Assembly (NCBI RefSeq): GCF_009914755.1
Contig: NC_060928.1
Source: the human T2T-CHM13v2.0 reference genome, Homo sapiens
Direction: 5' to 3' (one strand)
Length of the DNA stretch: 64,000 bases
Shown: positions 40,265-51,815 of the stretch, piece after piece
How positions within the stretch are numbered: the first letter of the stretch is position 1
Layout of the letters: each line of letters starts with the position of its first letter
Program-made: the position numbers and the translations under genes
Notes under the pieces: model-generated
Told to the model about the DNA's origin: nothing
Database searches by the model: none
The model's input: only the letters and a program-made list of their open reading frames with translations

Positions 40265-40404
40265 TTTTTTTTTTTTTTTTTTTTTTTTTTGAGACGGAAT
40301 CTTGCTCTGTTGCCCAGGCTGGAGTGCTGCGGCGTGATCTCGGCTCACTGCAAGCTCCGCCTCCCGGGTTCACGCCATTCTCCTGCCCTCAGCCTCCTCA
40401 GTAG
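40265..40404 (-). mobile_element. 5'-truncated AluY (right arm) with 26-nt polyA
   Basis: CTGCAAGCTCCGCCTCCCGGGTTCACGCCATTCTCC (AluY diagnostics), CpGs retained, T26 at 40265-40290. Confidence 0.92.
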
Positions 40405-40659
40405 AACCACATTTGTAATCTTCATTTTTAACTGTACATTTGCTTAAATGTACCATAGTTGCTACACATGAACAAAAAAATCAAATGTTCTAAGTTGCTA
40501 TCGAATGCAATTCTAAAATTAGCTTACTTCAAAGAGTGCACTAATTTGGCTAAATCATAGAAATGTCTCTTTTTAACAAAATATACCACATTGGGGAAAA
40601 CATGATTTTTAGAATATTATTATAAGTGTTGTAGATATGTTCTGAGAGAAAGGCTATTT

Positions 40660-41055
40660 CTTCAATAAAAAATATTAAAAATACTACTCAGCATTAAGAA
40701 AAGGAATAAACTGTTGTTTCACACTACAATTGTGATAAATCTCAAAATAATTATACTAGATGAAAGAAACCAGGCAACCAAGAGTACATACTGCATGAAA
40801 TCATTTATATAAAACTCTAGAAAATGCAAACTACTCTATATAATGAAAGAAAACATATCAGTGGTTACATGAGAAGGAGAGCTTTGGGAGGGAGACAGGC
40901 ATTTAAAAAGGTCTTGTTGAAGAACTAGGCATGTTCACTATTTTAATTGTGCTGATGGAATCATGAGTATATCCACAAGCCAAAATGTATCAAATTCTAC
41001 ACTTAAAATATGTACAGATTTATTATATTTCAACAATAACAATAGAGCTGTTGAA
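40660..41055 (+). mobile_element. L1ME-type 3'UTR
   Basis: ATACTACTCAGCATTAAGAAAAGGAATAAACT...ATAAATCTCAAAATAATTAT...ATTTATATAAAACTCTAGAAAATGCAAACT. Confidence 0.7.
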
Positions 41056-41399
41056 ATAATAGATTGAAAACTACCACTATTAATCAATAAACAAATGTTT
41101 ACTGAAAAGTAAGTTTACATCTCTGTGAATACTAATTGAAGAATCAAAGAGGAAAAAAATTGAGGAGAAAGGTAAGATAAAAGTGGAAATTATTACCAAC
41201 TTTTCTGTGTCAGTTTTTTAGCACTTTAGAAGCATTATCTTTTTAATGCTTATATCAAAATATTAACAAAATAGAAGCTTAACTGACAATAAGCAGAATA
41301 CTTGAAGTTCACAGTCAAGTATCCCTGAAAAAGCTTGATTCATCCATACCTATTTATATTTTCAATTTTAAATATTTGAGAAAAGAATAACAGCTCAAG

Positions 41400-43650
41400 A
41401 GGGAGGCAGAAAAAATGGCTGAATAGGAGTTTATCCCCACAAGAACATCAAATGGAACAACTATCCACACACAAAAAAAGGACCTTCATAAGAATCAAAA
41501 ATTAAGTGACTGAACACAACATCTAGTTCTAACTTCAAATCACTGAAAGAGGCAGTGACAAGACTAGAAAAGGCAGTCTTGAATTGCCAACTCCACCCAT
41601 TCCCTATTCCATAGCAGTAGCCACTTGGTGCTGAGAGATATCTATGCCTTACAGAGACAGACAGCACAGTGAATGCAAAACTTTTCATTGGAAATCAGCG
41701 CTCCCTATCACATCAGAAAGGTACACTGAGCAGAACTTACTCAACACCTACAGAGGAAGCATTTTTAGACCAGCTCTAGCCAGAGGAGAATCACCCATCC
41801 TAGCACTCGGAACCTGAGGGCTGTCAAGCCCCACCACCATGAGCCAAAGTGTTATAGGGTTCTAAATAAACTTGAAAGGCAATATAAGGAACAAGGGCTG
41901 CAATTCCTGGTCAAGTTCTGGTGCCGTGCTGATCTCAAATCCAATGTACTTGAGGGGGTATGTGACCTAGAGACATCAGCCACGGTGGCCAAGGGAGTCC
42001 TGGTGTCACCACTCCCCTAAAGCCAGGCAGTGCAGCTCAAAGCTTTTGGAGAGACCCCTTCCTTCTGCTTGAAGAGAGGAGAGGAAAGAGTAAAGAGGAC
42101 TTTGTCTTGAAATTTAGATATCAGGTCAGCCACAGTAGGATAGGGCAACAGGAAGAGTCCTGAGACCCCTGTTGCAGGTTCTAGCTTCAGGATGACATTT
42201 CTAACCACACCCTGGGTCGGAAATCCAGGCAGGATTCATCACCTGCTAAGTAAAGAGCTCTTGGGCCCTGAATAGCCAGCATTGGTAGTCAGGCAGTACT
42301 AATCACAGGCCTTTGGTAGGACTTAAACATGTGCTGACTTTGAGTGTGACCCAGCACATTCCCAGCTGTGGTGACTACTGGAAGGGACTCCTGATTGAGA
42401 AAAGAAGAGGGAAGAATAAAGGGGACTCTGTCTTATAGCTTAGCTACCAGATTCGCCACAATGGGGTAGAGCACCAAGTGGGCACTTGGGGTCCCCAATT
42501 CCAGACCTTGATACTTGGATGGCATTTCTGGACATGCTGTGAGCCAAAGGTGAGTTCACTACCCTGAAGGGAGAGTCGCAGACCTGGGAGCATTCACCAC
42601 AAGCTGAATAAAGATCCCCTGGGCCTTGAGGGAACATCAGTGGTAGCCTGGCAGTACTTGCAGTGAGCTTGGGGAAGTGGTGGCCATGGGAGGGACTTTG
42701 CTACTTGTGGAAAGGGAGGAATTAGTGAGAAAGACTTTCTCCTGTGTGTTGGATGCTAGCTCAGCTGTAGTAAAATGGAGCAAAAGGTAGATCCATAAGG
42801 TTTTGGAGGCTAGGCCCTGGCTCCCCAGTGGCATCTCTAGACCCACACAGAGCCAGGGGGAGCTCACTGCCCTAAAGGAAAGTGGACAAGCCTTGCTGAC
42901 TTTGCCACCTGCTGACTGTAGAGAGGTAGGCCTTGAACAAACATAGACAGTAGCCAGGCAGTGGTTTCCAAGGACCTTGGGTGAGACCCAGTACCATGGT
43001 GCCTTAAGCTCTGATCCAGAACTGTTCCAATAGTGGTGGCCACAGGAATATTGTGTCACCCCTCTTCCAGATCCAGGCAGTTTAGCACAAAGAGAGACTC
43101 CCCATTTGTATGGGAGAAGGTAAGGGAAGGGAATCAGAGTCTCTGCCTTGCAATCATAAGAGCTAAGGCAGTACCTCTACAAGTCTGCAAGAGACACATC
43201 ATTACTGGGTTGGGGGTGCCCCTAATTCTGATATGGCTGCAGTGATCAAAAACTAATATAACAACACTCAAGTCCTCTCCCTCCACCCCACTATTTTTTT
43301 TGAGATGAAGTCTTACTCTGTCACCCAGACTATAGTGCAATGGCGCAATCTCTGCTCATTGTAATCTCTGCCTCCCAGGTTGAAGCGATTCTCCTTCCTC
43401 AGCCTCCTGGGTAGCTGGGACTACAGGCATACACCACAACACCTGGCTAATTTTTGTATTTTTAGTAGAGATGGGGTTTTGCCATGTTGGCTAGGCTGGT
43501 CTCAAACTCCTGACCTCAAATGATCTGCCTGCCTCGGCTTCCCAAAGTGCTAGGATTACAGGCATGAGCCACTGCACCCAGCCCCAATTACCTTTGAATA
43601 CCTGGAAAGCCTTCCAAAGAAGGATGGGTATAGATTATTCAATTCTTCAA
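41400..43650 (+). mobile_element. L1M1/L1MA-type 5'UTR with internal monomer repeats, interrupted by an Alu
   Basis: GGAGGCAGAAAAAATGGCTGAATAG start, GC-richer body, GAATACCTGGAAAGCCTTCC.AAGAAGGATGGGTA near the ORF1 boundary. Confidence 0.75.
43294..43583 (-). mobile_element. AluSz/Sx-type SINE
   Basis: Complete antisense Alu ending ...GAGCCACTGCACCCAGCC. Confidence 0.93.
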
Positions 43651-43789
43651 TTGAATATGCCCACATCTAATATAGTTTGTTCTCTCATATAATTATAACA
43701 TAAAATTAAATTAAATATTACTTATTTGATTAAATATTATTTGTATTAAAGTATTGGGAAAGCTAAAGTTTAGTTGTTTGAATAGATAG

Positions 43790-44500
43790 ATTTAATTAAT
43801 CAACCCTTAACTAGCCTGATCAAAAGAAAAAGAGAGAAGAGAATACAAATCAACAAAATCAGGACTGGATAGTGAAAGATGTTATCACCAGAGATCTTAT
43901 AGATTTTAAAAAGACATTAAGAGAATAATAAAAAACCTTAATAACTTACATGAAATAAGGTTTTTGAAAAAATAACTTGCCCAAACTGACACAATATGAA
44001 ACGGATAATCTGAATACCTTAACAACTGTGAAATCAATAAAATTCACAAGCTTTCCAACGAAGAGAAGTCTAACCCAGTTTGTTTCATTGATGAATTATT
44101 TGAAACAAATAATAAACTCCTTAGGCAATATTTTTTTTGAGACCTATTCTTGCTCTGTCACCCAGGCTGGAGTGCAGTGGCATGATCTCGGGTCTTGGCT
44201 CACTGCAACCTCCTCCTCCTGGGTTCAAGTGATTGTCCTGCCTCAGCCTCTTGAGTAGCTGGGATTACAGGCGTGTGCCACAACACCTGGCTAAATTTTG
44301 TATTTTTAGTAGGGACAGGGTTTCACCATGTTGGCCAGGCTGGTTTTGAACTCCTGACCTCAGGAGATCTGACTGCCTTGGCCTTCCAAAGTGCTGGGAT
44401 TACAGGCATGAGCCACCCCATTTGGCCACCTTAGTCAAATTCTATTGGAAAATATTAGTAGGAATGCTTCTGAGTATAAGGGTAGCATTCTAAATCAAAG
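43790..44500 (+). mobile_element. Old L1M ORF2 fragment interrupted by an Alu
   Basis: CCCTTAACTAGCCTGATCAAAAGAAAAAGAGAGAAGA; ORF start MPKLTQYETDNLN resembles ORF2p. Confidence 0.65.
44131..44427 (-). mobile_element. AluSx-type SINE with TSD CCTTAG(G/T)CAA
   Basis: Complete antisense Alu; near-identical flanks at 44119-44128 and 44429-44438. Confidence 0.92.
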
Positions 44501-44629
44501 ACGCAAGAAAGATACAGGTATTGGGGAAAGATTATTTCAGGCAGAAATAACTCCTACAGTGAAACTGGCATAATGTCACTTCAGCTTTAATTTCTTTGTC
44601 AAAATAATCACGTTTTACTTATGCAAAAT

Positions 44630-46210
44630 AATAAAGGTAAGAATGACCACTGACTTGTCATCAGAAAAAAAAAAAAAATTCTAGCCAGAAGATAATGGAA
44701 CAGCATCATTAAAGTGCTGGAAAAATATCAACATATATATTTAAATCCAGTTAATCTCTTCCAAAAATAAGGTAAAATAAATGTTTCTAGATAAACAAAA
44801 GCTATGAGAACTTTTCCACTGCAGATCTGCATTTCAAGAAATTTAAATATTAAATTTTCACTTTCAGGATAAAAAGAAAATGTTGTTAGGTAGAAATGCA
44901 AATAAATTTACTCAAAGAATGGATATTATGGAAATTATAACTGTGGATTAATACTACATATTTTACTTCCTATTTTTATGAAATCCTAAAAAGTCTACTG
45001 ACTGTTAAAAGTAAAAATTGTACTACAAAGAAATTAGTTATTATGTATTTTGATGTAAATTTTATACCAATAGCAGTGCAAAGAATGAGAGAAGGAAAAA
45101 TGTGAATATACATTTCTATAATTCTTATATTGTAGAGTATTATCATTTGAAGGCAAATTGGGTAAGTTAAAGTTGCATATTATAAATCATAGAGCATCTA
45201 ATACAAAATAAGATACAGATAGTATATTTAATAAACCAGATGCTATTAATAAGAAAAAGAGGAAGTTATTAGACTTATACCCAATCATATCTATAATTAC
45301 ATTAAATGTAAATGGAATAATAAAACTGTTTACAATACAGAGATTATCAGTAAATAAAATGACAGTAACTGTCAACAATAAATATGTATACTTTAAATAT
45401 AAGGATAAAGAGATAAAAATAAAATTATGGAAAAAGATATAATATGTAAATACTAATCACAAGCAATCTGGAGTGGCCATAGTAATACAAAATCATGGAC
45501 TTCAGGAAAAGAAGCATTCCCAGAGATAAGATAGACATTTCATGTGATGAAAGAAGATGGATATTTCACAGATATAACAAGAAGTTATAATAATCCTGTT
45601 TTTGCTCCTTATAAAAGAGCTTAAAATTCCATAAAAGCAAAACTCACAAAAATAAAAGAGAAAAACAGGAAAATAATAATTACTTTTAGTGATGTCAATA
45701 CTGCTGACTCAATAGATGATATACAAGACATGAACTATGCTATCAATCAACTTGACCTGAATTACTTTTATAGGACACTATAACTAATGACTGCAGAATA
45801 CACATTGATTTCAAGTGCACATTACATTACTGGTGATAAAATAAGCCTGAATCAATATAAAGGAATTAAAGCATATACATATATTCTTGGACAAGTTTAG
45901 AATTACATTGGAAACTAATAATTTAAAAAATCTCAAATACCATTTAAAAAACACTATGAAGATTGATGGTTACAAGAAAAAATGATAATGAAACATTTTT
46001 TAGTGAAATGATAAGAAATTAACAAAGCAATATTTGTGGGATACGGATATAGCAATGCTATAAATGATTATATCAGAAAAGTAAAAAGATTCAAAATCAG
46101 CTATCAAAGATTCCAACTTAATAAACTAGTAAATGAAGAAAAATTTCAAAACAAAGCAAATAGAAGGAAATCCTAAAGAGAACAGCAAAAATAAATTAAG
46201 AAGTTGACTA
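44630..46210 (+). mobile_element. Old L1M ORF1 end and ORF2 endonuclease region (decayed)
   Basis: GCCAGAAGATAATGGAACAGCATC, ATAATTACATTAAATGTAAATGGA, ACTGCAGAATACACATT..TTCAAGTGCACAT. Confidence 0.7.
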
Positions 46211-47072
46211 CCAATAGTATAGCAGATAGAATTCTAAGGACACTAATACTCCTATGTTCTGGTACACATGCACTGGAAGGAGTTCATAAACTAGAAAATG
46301 GCAAAATAAAATACATAAATTTATTTTTATATACAGATTATTTTGCTTTTTACTCGAGTAAAGATAAATAATCAAAAAGAACACCCAATATGGGTCCATT
46401 AGTACTAGCCCATCCTACACTACCATTAAATATTTAGAATGTATGCAATGAATAAACAGCCAACAGTGAACACCTGGATTTTCAAAGGCTTTGTTTTAGA
46501 AAACCACACATATTATTTATTTAACTGTTTCATTTCATTCCAGGTCAGTGGAGAAACAATCAAGAGAAGTCATTTTTCATTAAAATAAATTTATCCTTAA
46601 TTTATTATTTTTCTGTTGTAAGCAACAAATTAGAAGTTTCCGAATATTAAAAAATAAGATTTTTCTTCTTTTTCTCAAAAATTAGAATACTTATGATTCT
46701 GACAGTTAAAGTAAGACCAGAATAATATTCTCTTGATAATATTAGAAAGTCACATTAAAATACAATTATAATTAAATTTAGGTTAATTGTATTATCATGT
46801 TTATTTATCTTATGTTGGTTTTAAAAATAATTGAGAGGAAGTAAAATTCGAGTTATATAATTTAATTACCAAATTCCTTGAGTAAAAGTGATGTAATATT
46901 TTTAATTGCTCTAGAAAATAATAATGGTCTGAATATGAAGCGTTGAGATCTAATTAACTTGAATAAAGACATTTTACAATTGTTTTAGAATTTTCAAAGA
47001 TTTTTAAACTTTTTTTCAGAATGAGTTCAGGAAGTTTATTAAGTTTTAGGAGAGTAATTGTAGTGGTGAATT

Positions 47073-48755
47073 CTTTTTTTAATTTTAGATTAAGGATTCA
47101 CAAGTGCAGTTTTGTGAAATGGGTGTATTGCGTGATGCTGTGTGTGGGACTTCGGTGAACCTATCACTCAAATAGTGAACATATACTCAACAGGCAGTTT
47201 TCAACGCTTGCCCTGCTCATTCCCACCTACTTTGTGGAGTTTCCAGTGTCTGTTGTTTCCAATTTTACTTTTAAGTGTATCCAGTCTTTACTTCCCACTT
47301 ATAAGTGAGAACATGTGGGATTTGATTTTCTATTTCTGCTTTCAGTCACTTAGGATAATGGTCTCCAATGGCATCCATGTTGCTGCAAAGGACATATTTT
47401 CATGCTTTTTTTATGACTGCATAGTGTTACATGGTCTATATGTATCATTTTTATCCAATCCACCATTGATGGACACAGTTTTATTTCATGTCTTTGCTAT
47501 TGTGAATAGTACTGCAATAAACATATGAGTGCAGGTGTCTTTGATAAATACCCATACTGTATTTAATGGAGGCTGTAATAATTTATATTCCCAACAGTGT
47601 ATAAGCATTCCCTTTTCTCCATTTCCTTGCCAACATATGTTGTTTTTTGACTTATTAATAATAGCCATCTGACTAGTGTGAGAAAATATATCATTGTCAT
47701 TTTATTTTTTTCTTCTTGTATATACTTCCAATGTATCGTTGTGGTCTTAGTTTGTATTTCTCTGATAATTAGTGATGTTTAGCAATTTTTTTCATGTTTG
47801 TTGGTCACGTCTATGTATTCTTTTGAGAAATGTCTGTTCATGTCCTTTGCCCACTATTTATGCAGTTATTTCTTTTTATTTTCTTGTTCTTTTGTTTAAA
47901 TTCCTTTTAGATTCTGGATAGTCATCCTTTGTTGGATGCATAGTTTGCGGATATTTTCTCCAATTCTGTAGGTTGTGTGTTTACTCTGTTGTTTGTTTCT
48001 TTTGCTGTGCAACTCTTTTGTTTCATTAAGTTCCATTTATCAATTATTGTTTTTGTTGCAATTGCTTTTGAGGTCTTGGGACATAAATTATTTTCTAGGC
48101 CAATGTCCAGAAGACTCATTCTTATGTTTTCTTCTAGGATATTTATGGCTTAACCAAGGAGGTGAAAGATCTCTAGTAGGAGAATTATAAAAGACCTGTG
48201 AAAGAAATAATAAATCACCCAAACAAATGGAAAAAAAAACATCCTATGCTCATGGATTAGAAGAATCATTATTAAAATGACCACACTACCCAAAGCAATT
48301 TACAGATTAAACACAATTCTTATCAAATTACCATCATTTTTCACAGAATTAGAAAAAAATAACCAATTCTAAGATGCATATGGAATGAAAAAAGAGCCTG
48401 AATAGCCAAAGCAAGCCTAAGCAAAAAGAACAAAAAACAAAGCCAGAAGCTTCACATTACTTGACTTCAAACTATACCACAAGCCTATAGTAACCAAAAC
48501 ATCATGGTACTGGTAAGGAAATAGACACATAGATCTATGCAACAGAATAGAGAAACCAGAATTAAGCCACACAACTATAACCAACTGATCTTCAACAAAG
48601 TCATCAAAACTAAACAACAAGGAATGCACACCTTATTCAACAAATGGTGCTAGGAAAACTGTCTAAACTTATACAGAAGAATGAAACTGAACCCCTATCT
48701 TTCACCATATACAAAAATTAACTCAAGATGACATTAAAGATTTAAATGAAAGATT
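47073..48755 (-). mobile_element. L1PA17/L1PB-type element with 5' inversion
   Basis: Antisense 3' part 47073-48150 joined to sense ORF2 segment 48151-48752; the two pieces are nearly adjacent in L1 coordinates. Confidence 0.85.
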
Positions 48756-49984
48756 TTTTTTAAATTATTACATTCACTACTTTGGCAGTAGAACAATTTT
48801 CTCATAAAAGGATGTAGGCAAATGCAGTGCAAAGAGGCAAAGTCTAAATGAACTGTGTTTTTGTAGGTACACTAAGATTTATCAACACTGTAAGAGATTT
48901 ATTAATACATATGACTATATGTAATCCATTATTACTTCAGAGCACGCACTTTAAGCTTTTCCACATGTTGTTCTTATAACAGATTGTCTTATATTGAAGT
49001 AAAATATGCATTGGGATTTGATATATATTTTTGAAAACAATAAATAAAACTCAAGGAAGAAAGAGTTGGGAAGGAATTGTGATTTAGTCATTTTATTTAA
49101 AGGAAGCATGGAGAAGAATATAAAAAAATAAAGGAAAAGCGGTTCAAGAGCTAGAATCTATTCCTCATATATGGCTTTATTATACTTACTGCCTACAACA
49201 AAGTAAGAAAAAATTATAGTTGTTTACTATTCACAATGTTAAAGCTTTAGTGAATCCTCTAAGTGAGCAGGTGTTGAAGTAGCAAATAAAGCTACAGTAA
49301 AATAACATTTATTTTACTTCATTTATGTAAACAATAATTTTAAGTTCTATGGAAGAGATGCCTGGGTGAGGATGACTTTAGATATTGTTTACAGATACTA
49401 TATGAACAGAGCACATGGTTGAATAATTAAGATAATCCCTATACATTTGTTTTTACATTATAAATGCCCAAATAAAGAAATGGAAACCAGAATAGCAAAG
49501 AGAAAATGAAGAGCCTGAATATGTGCCCAGACGCTCTACAAGACAATGCATTTATAAGACAGAATCTAGTAGAATAAAGAAAATATAATGGAACTGGCTA
49601 GGTTAATAAACTTTGTAGAAAACTTTTGAGTTTTTTTTTAATATAAATGTAAATGGACCAGTTCCCTTGAGCAAGTAAAATAATTACATTGCTTGACTAA
49701 TAAGATGTTACAGCAATTTAAAAAAAGGACAAGAAGGTCCAAATTCTTCTGGAGCTCTATCTTTAATAAATTTGAGATTTTATATTAAGATTACTTAATC
49801 TGGAACTTCAAAAGAATCTGAGTTACTTTGTGGTCTTCTGTCTTTTTTTTCAGGTACAGTACTTTGAAGCCTTTAAAAATATATGCCTAGGTTTATGATT
49901 CCATCTGAAGATTTCTCATTTATTTTGTCTTAATTAAAAATATTTTTGCATTGTATGGGTACTAAAAGTGAATATTAGAAAGAA

Positions 49985-50450
49985 TGACAGATGAGTGAGG
50001 TATAGCTTTCTAAGATATCTTTGGTGATTGTCTACAGTTTCTTCCATAGACACATGGTTCAAAAATGTAGGGTTGATGATGAAGAATATGGACACTGCAA
50101 ATAAAAGATAAACTGCCAGATTTGTCAGCAGATAAAAAAATCTAAAAGTGGATTTTCTAGTGAGCAGCATGAGCAATCCCTTTCCTAGAGCCAAAATAAT
50201 TCTGTGTCACTTTCATATTTCTTGCTGAATATATAACTGACATTTGTGACAAGCCAGTGTTTGTGACAGCTAGAAACATGAATCTCCAATGCTATTGTTC
50301 CCTATTTATGTGATTAATGGTCAAACAGCAGCAGCAAGAGTCAGAAGACAATTTAACAGTCTACTTTGTCACAAGAGCATTCATTTGTAAGCACTTTCAC
50401 TTTCTTAAACAAAAATGACAAGCCTTTCTTATCAAAAGATTGACAGCAGC
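49985..50450. promoter_or_regulatory. Candidate PBX-HOX/MEIS enhancer
   Basis: TGATTAATGG at 50311-50320; TGACAG at 49985, 50264, 50441; six further TGACA/TGTCA; repeat-free. Confidence 0.4.
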
Positions 50451-51094
50451 AAAAATGGAAGGTTTACCCAGATCTGACTTAAAAAAAGTGTGTATTTGAA
50501 ACACTCATGTTTGCTTAACTGTATTTTGTGGTATACTTTGGAATGTACTTCACATTCTTTACTGTAGAGTCATGCAGTTGTCCCATTATTTCAGTAAAAT
50601 TGCACTTAAAAGACTTTCAACCAATAATATGTGAATAATGGGTGAACTGTATGTGTTTGAACTCTGAAGGTAAAATACCTGTTTATACTATTCTCTGTAT
50701 TATGGAGGAAAATTTGGGAACATTTATAAATTATTTTCCTCTTATGATATGTGTAAGTGATGTCTAACTTAAGGAGTTTGCCTGTTATATTGTTCTTGTT
50801 TACTTTAATCTAGTGAAAATCCAGAAAGTACCAGGATTACTTTTGCAACCAGAAAAGTCCCTGGGGCTTACTCTGTACAGAGAGTAAACAGTCCCATTCA
50901 GAAGTCAAACATAAAGCCCAGTAATTCATACATTCATCATGTTATATTTTTAATTTATTAATCAATTAATCTAAAGTTGAATTTACTATTGTAATGATTC
51001 AAAAAATTAATCTAAATGCATGAGATAGAATTGATTATCTTTCCCATGAGACAGATACGTCTCATTTATCCAGAGACAAATGATTTGAAATAAT

Positions 51095-51210
51095 CTTTTT
51101 AGTCACGTCACCTCCAACATGTTAACATCTATAAGCCTCAGTTTTCTCATCAATAAAATGAAACTAATATAATTATCTCAAATAATGTTAATGATAATTA
51201 AAATAAATGG
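51095..51210 (+). mobile_element. MIR fragment
   Basis: TTAACATCTATAAGCCTCAGTTTTCTCATCAATAAAATGA core. Confidence 0.65.
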
Positions 51211-51221
51211 TCCAGATTTCA

Positions 51222-51815
51222 GGGCAAAATGACCAACTAGATCATCTTGGAACAGCTGACACCAAGGCATCAAAATGACGGGCACATTCCTAAGACGTCT
51301 TTCAGAGGGAAAGAATTGTGAGTGGACAGAGGGAAGACACAGAATCTGGGCTGAAGGGGGAGGAAGCTGGGAACCCTACACAGGGCTATCATGCACCAGG
51401 ACTTGTTCCTGGCCCCCAATGACTCCAGGGGAATGGGTGAATTGAACTGGCAAGAAGCAAGTCGCTCTTGCCACAGGTCTCTGGAATTCTACCAGGAGGA
51501 GACCGCTTGATGACAATGGACACTTGATTTGGCAGAGAACGTTGCTTAGAGAAGTGGCAGGGGCAGCACTTCAGGAAGTGTGAAGCCCAGACGGTTTGGT
51601 GTGGGAGCCTGTATAGTGGAGCATATCCAGGGATGCTCATCTCCCTAGGCTCGACCTGCTCCCATAGGAGCCCTAGGGGAACTGTTGGACCTGAACTCTG
51701 CAGTGCGGTGTTGTCCATCAGACAAGGCTGGTCTTACCTGAGCACTCTTTGGTCCACTGGCTTCTCCTGGGGCCCTAGTTTGGCTGTGCCTGCTTGAAAT
51801 GTAGCCTCGGATGCT
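51222..51815 (+). mobile_element. L1P4-type (L1PA13-16) 5'UTR fragment
   Basis: GC-rich block GGCAAAATGACCAACTAG...GGGAAGACACAGAATCTGGGCTGAAGGGGGAGGAAGCTGGGAACCC. Confidence 0.6.

Noticed and set aside
42050-43030. Periodic repeats considered as a CRISPR-like or novel array
   Set aside because: Long diverged monomers within an L1 5'UTR; no short identical repeats with unique spacers, and the DNA is primate
43294-44427. Two same-orientation Alus ~550 bp apart
   Set aside because: Common arrangement; no sign of recombination between them
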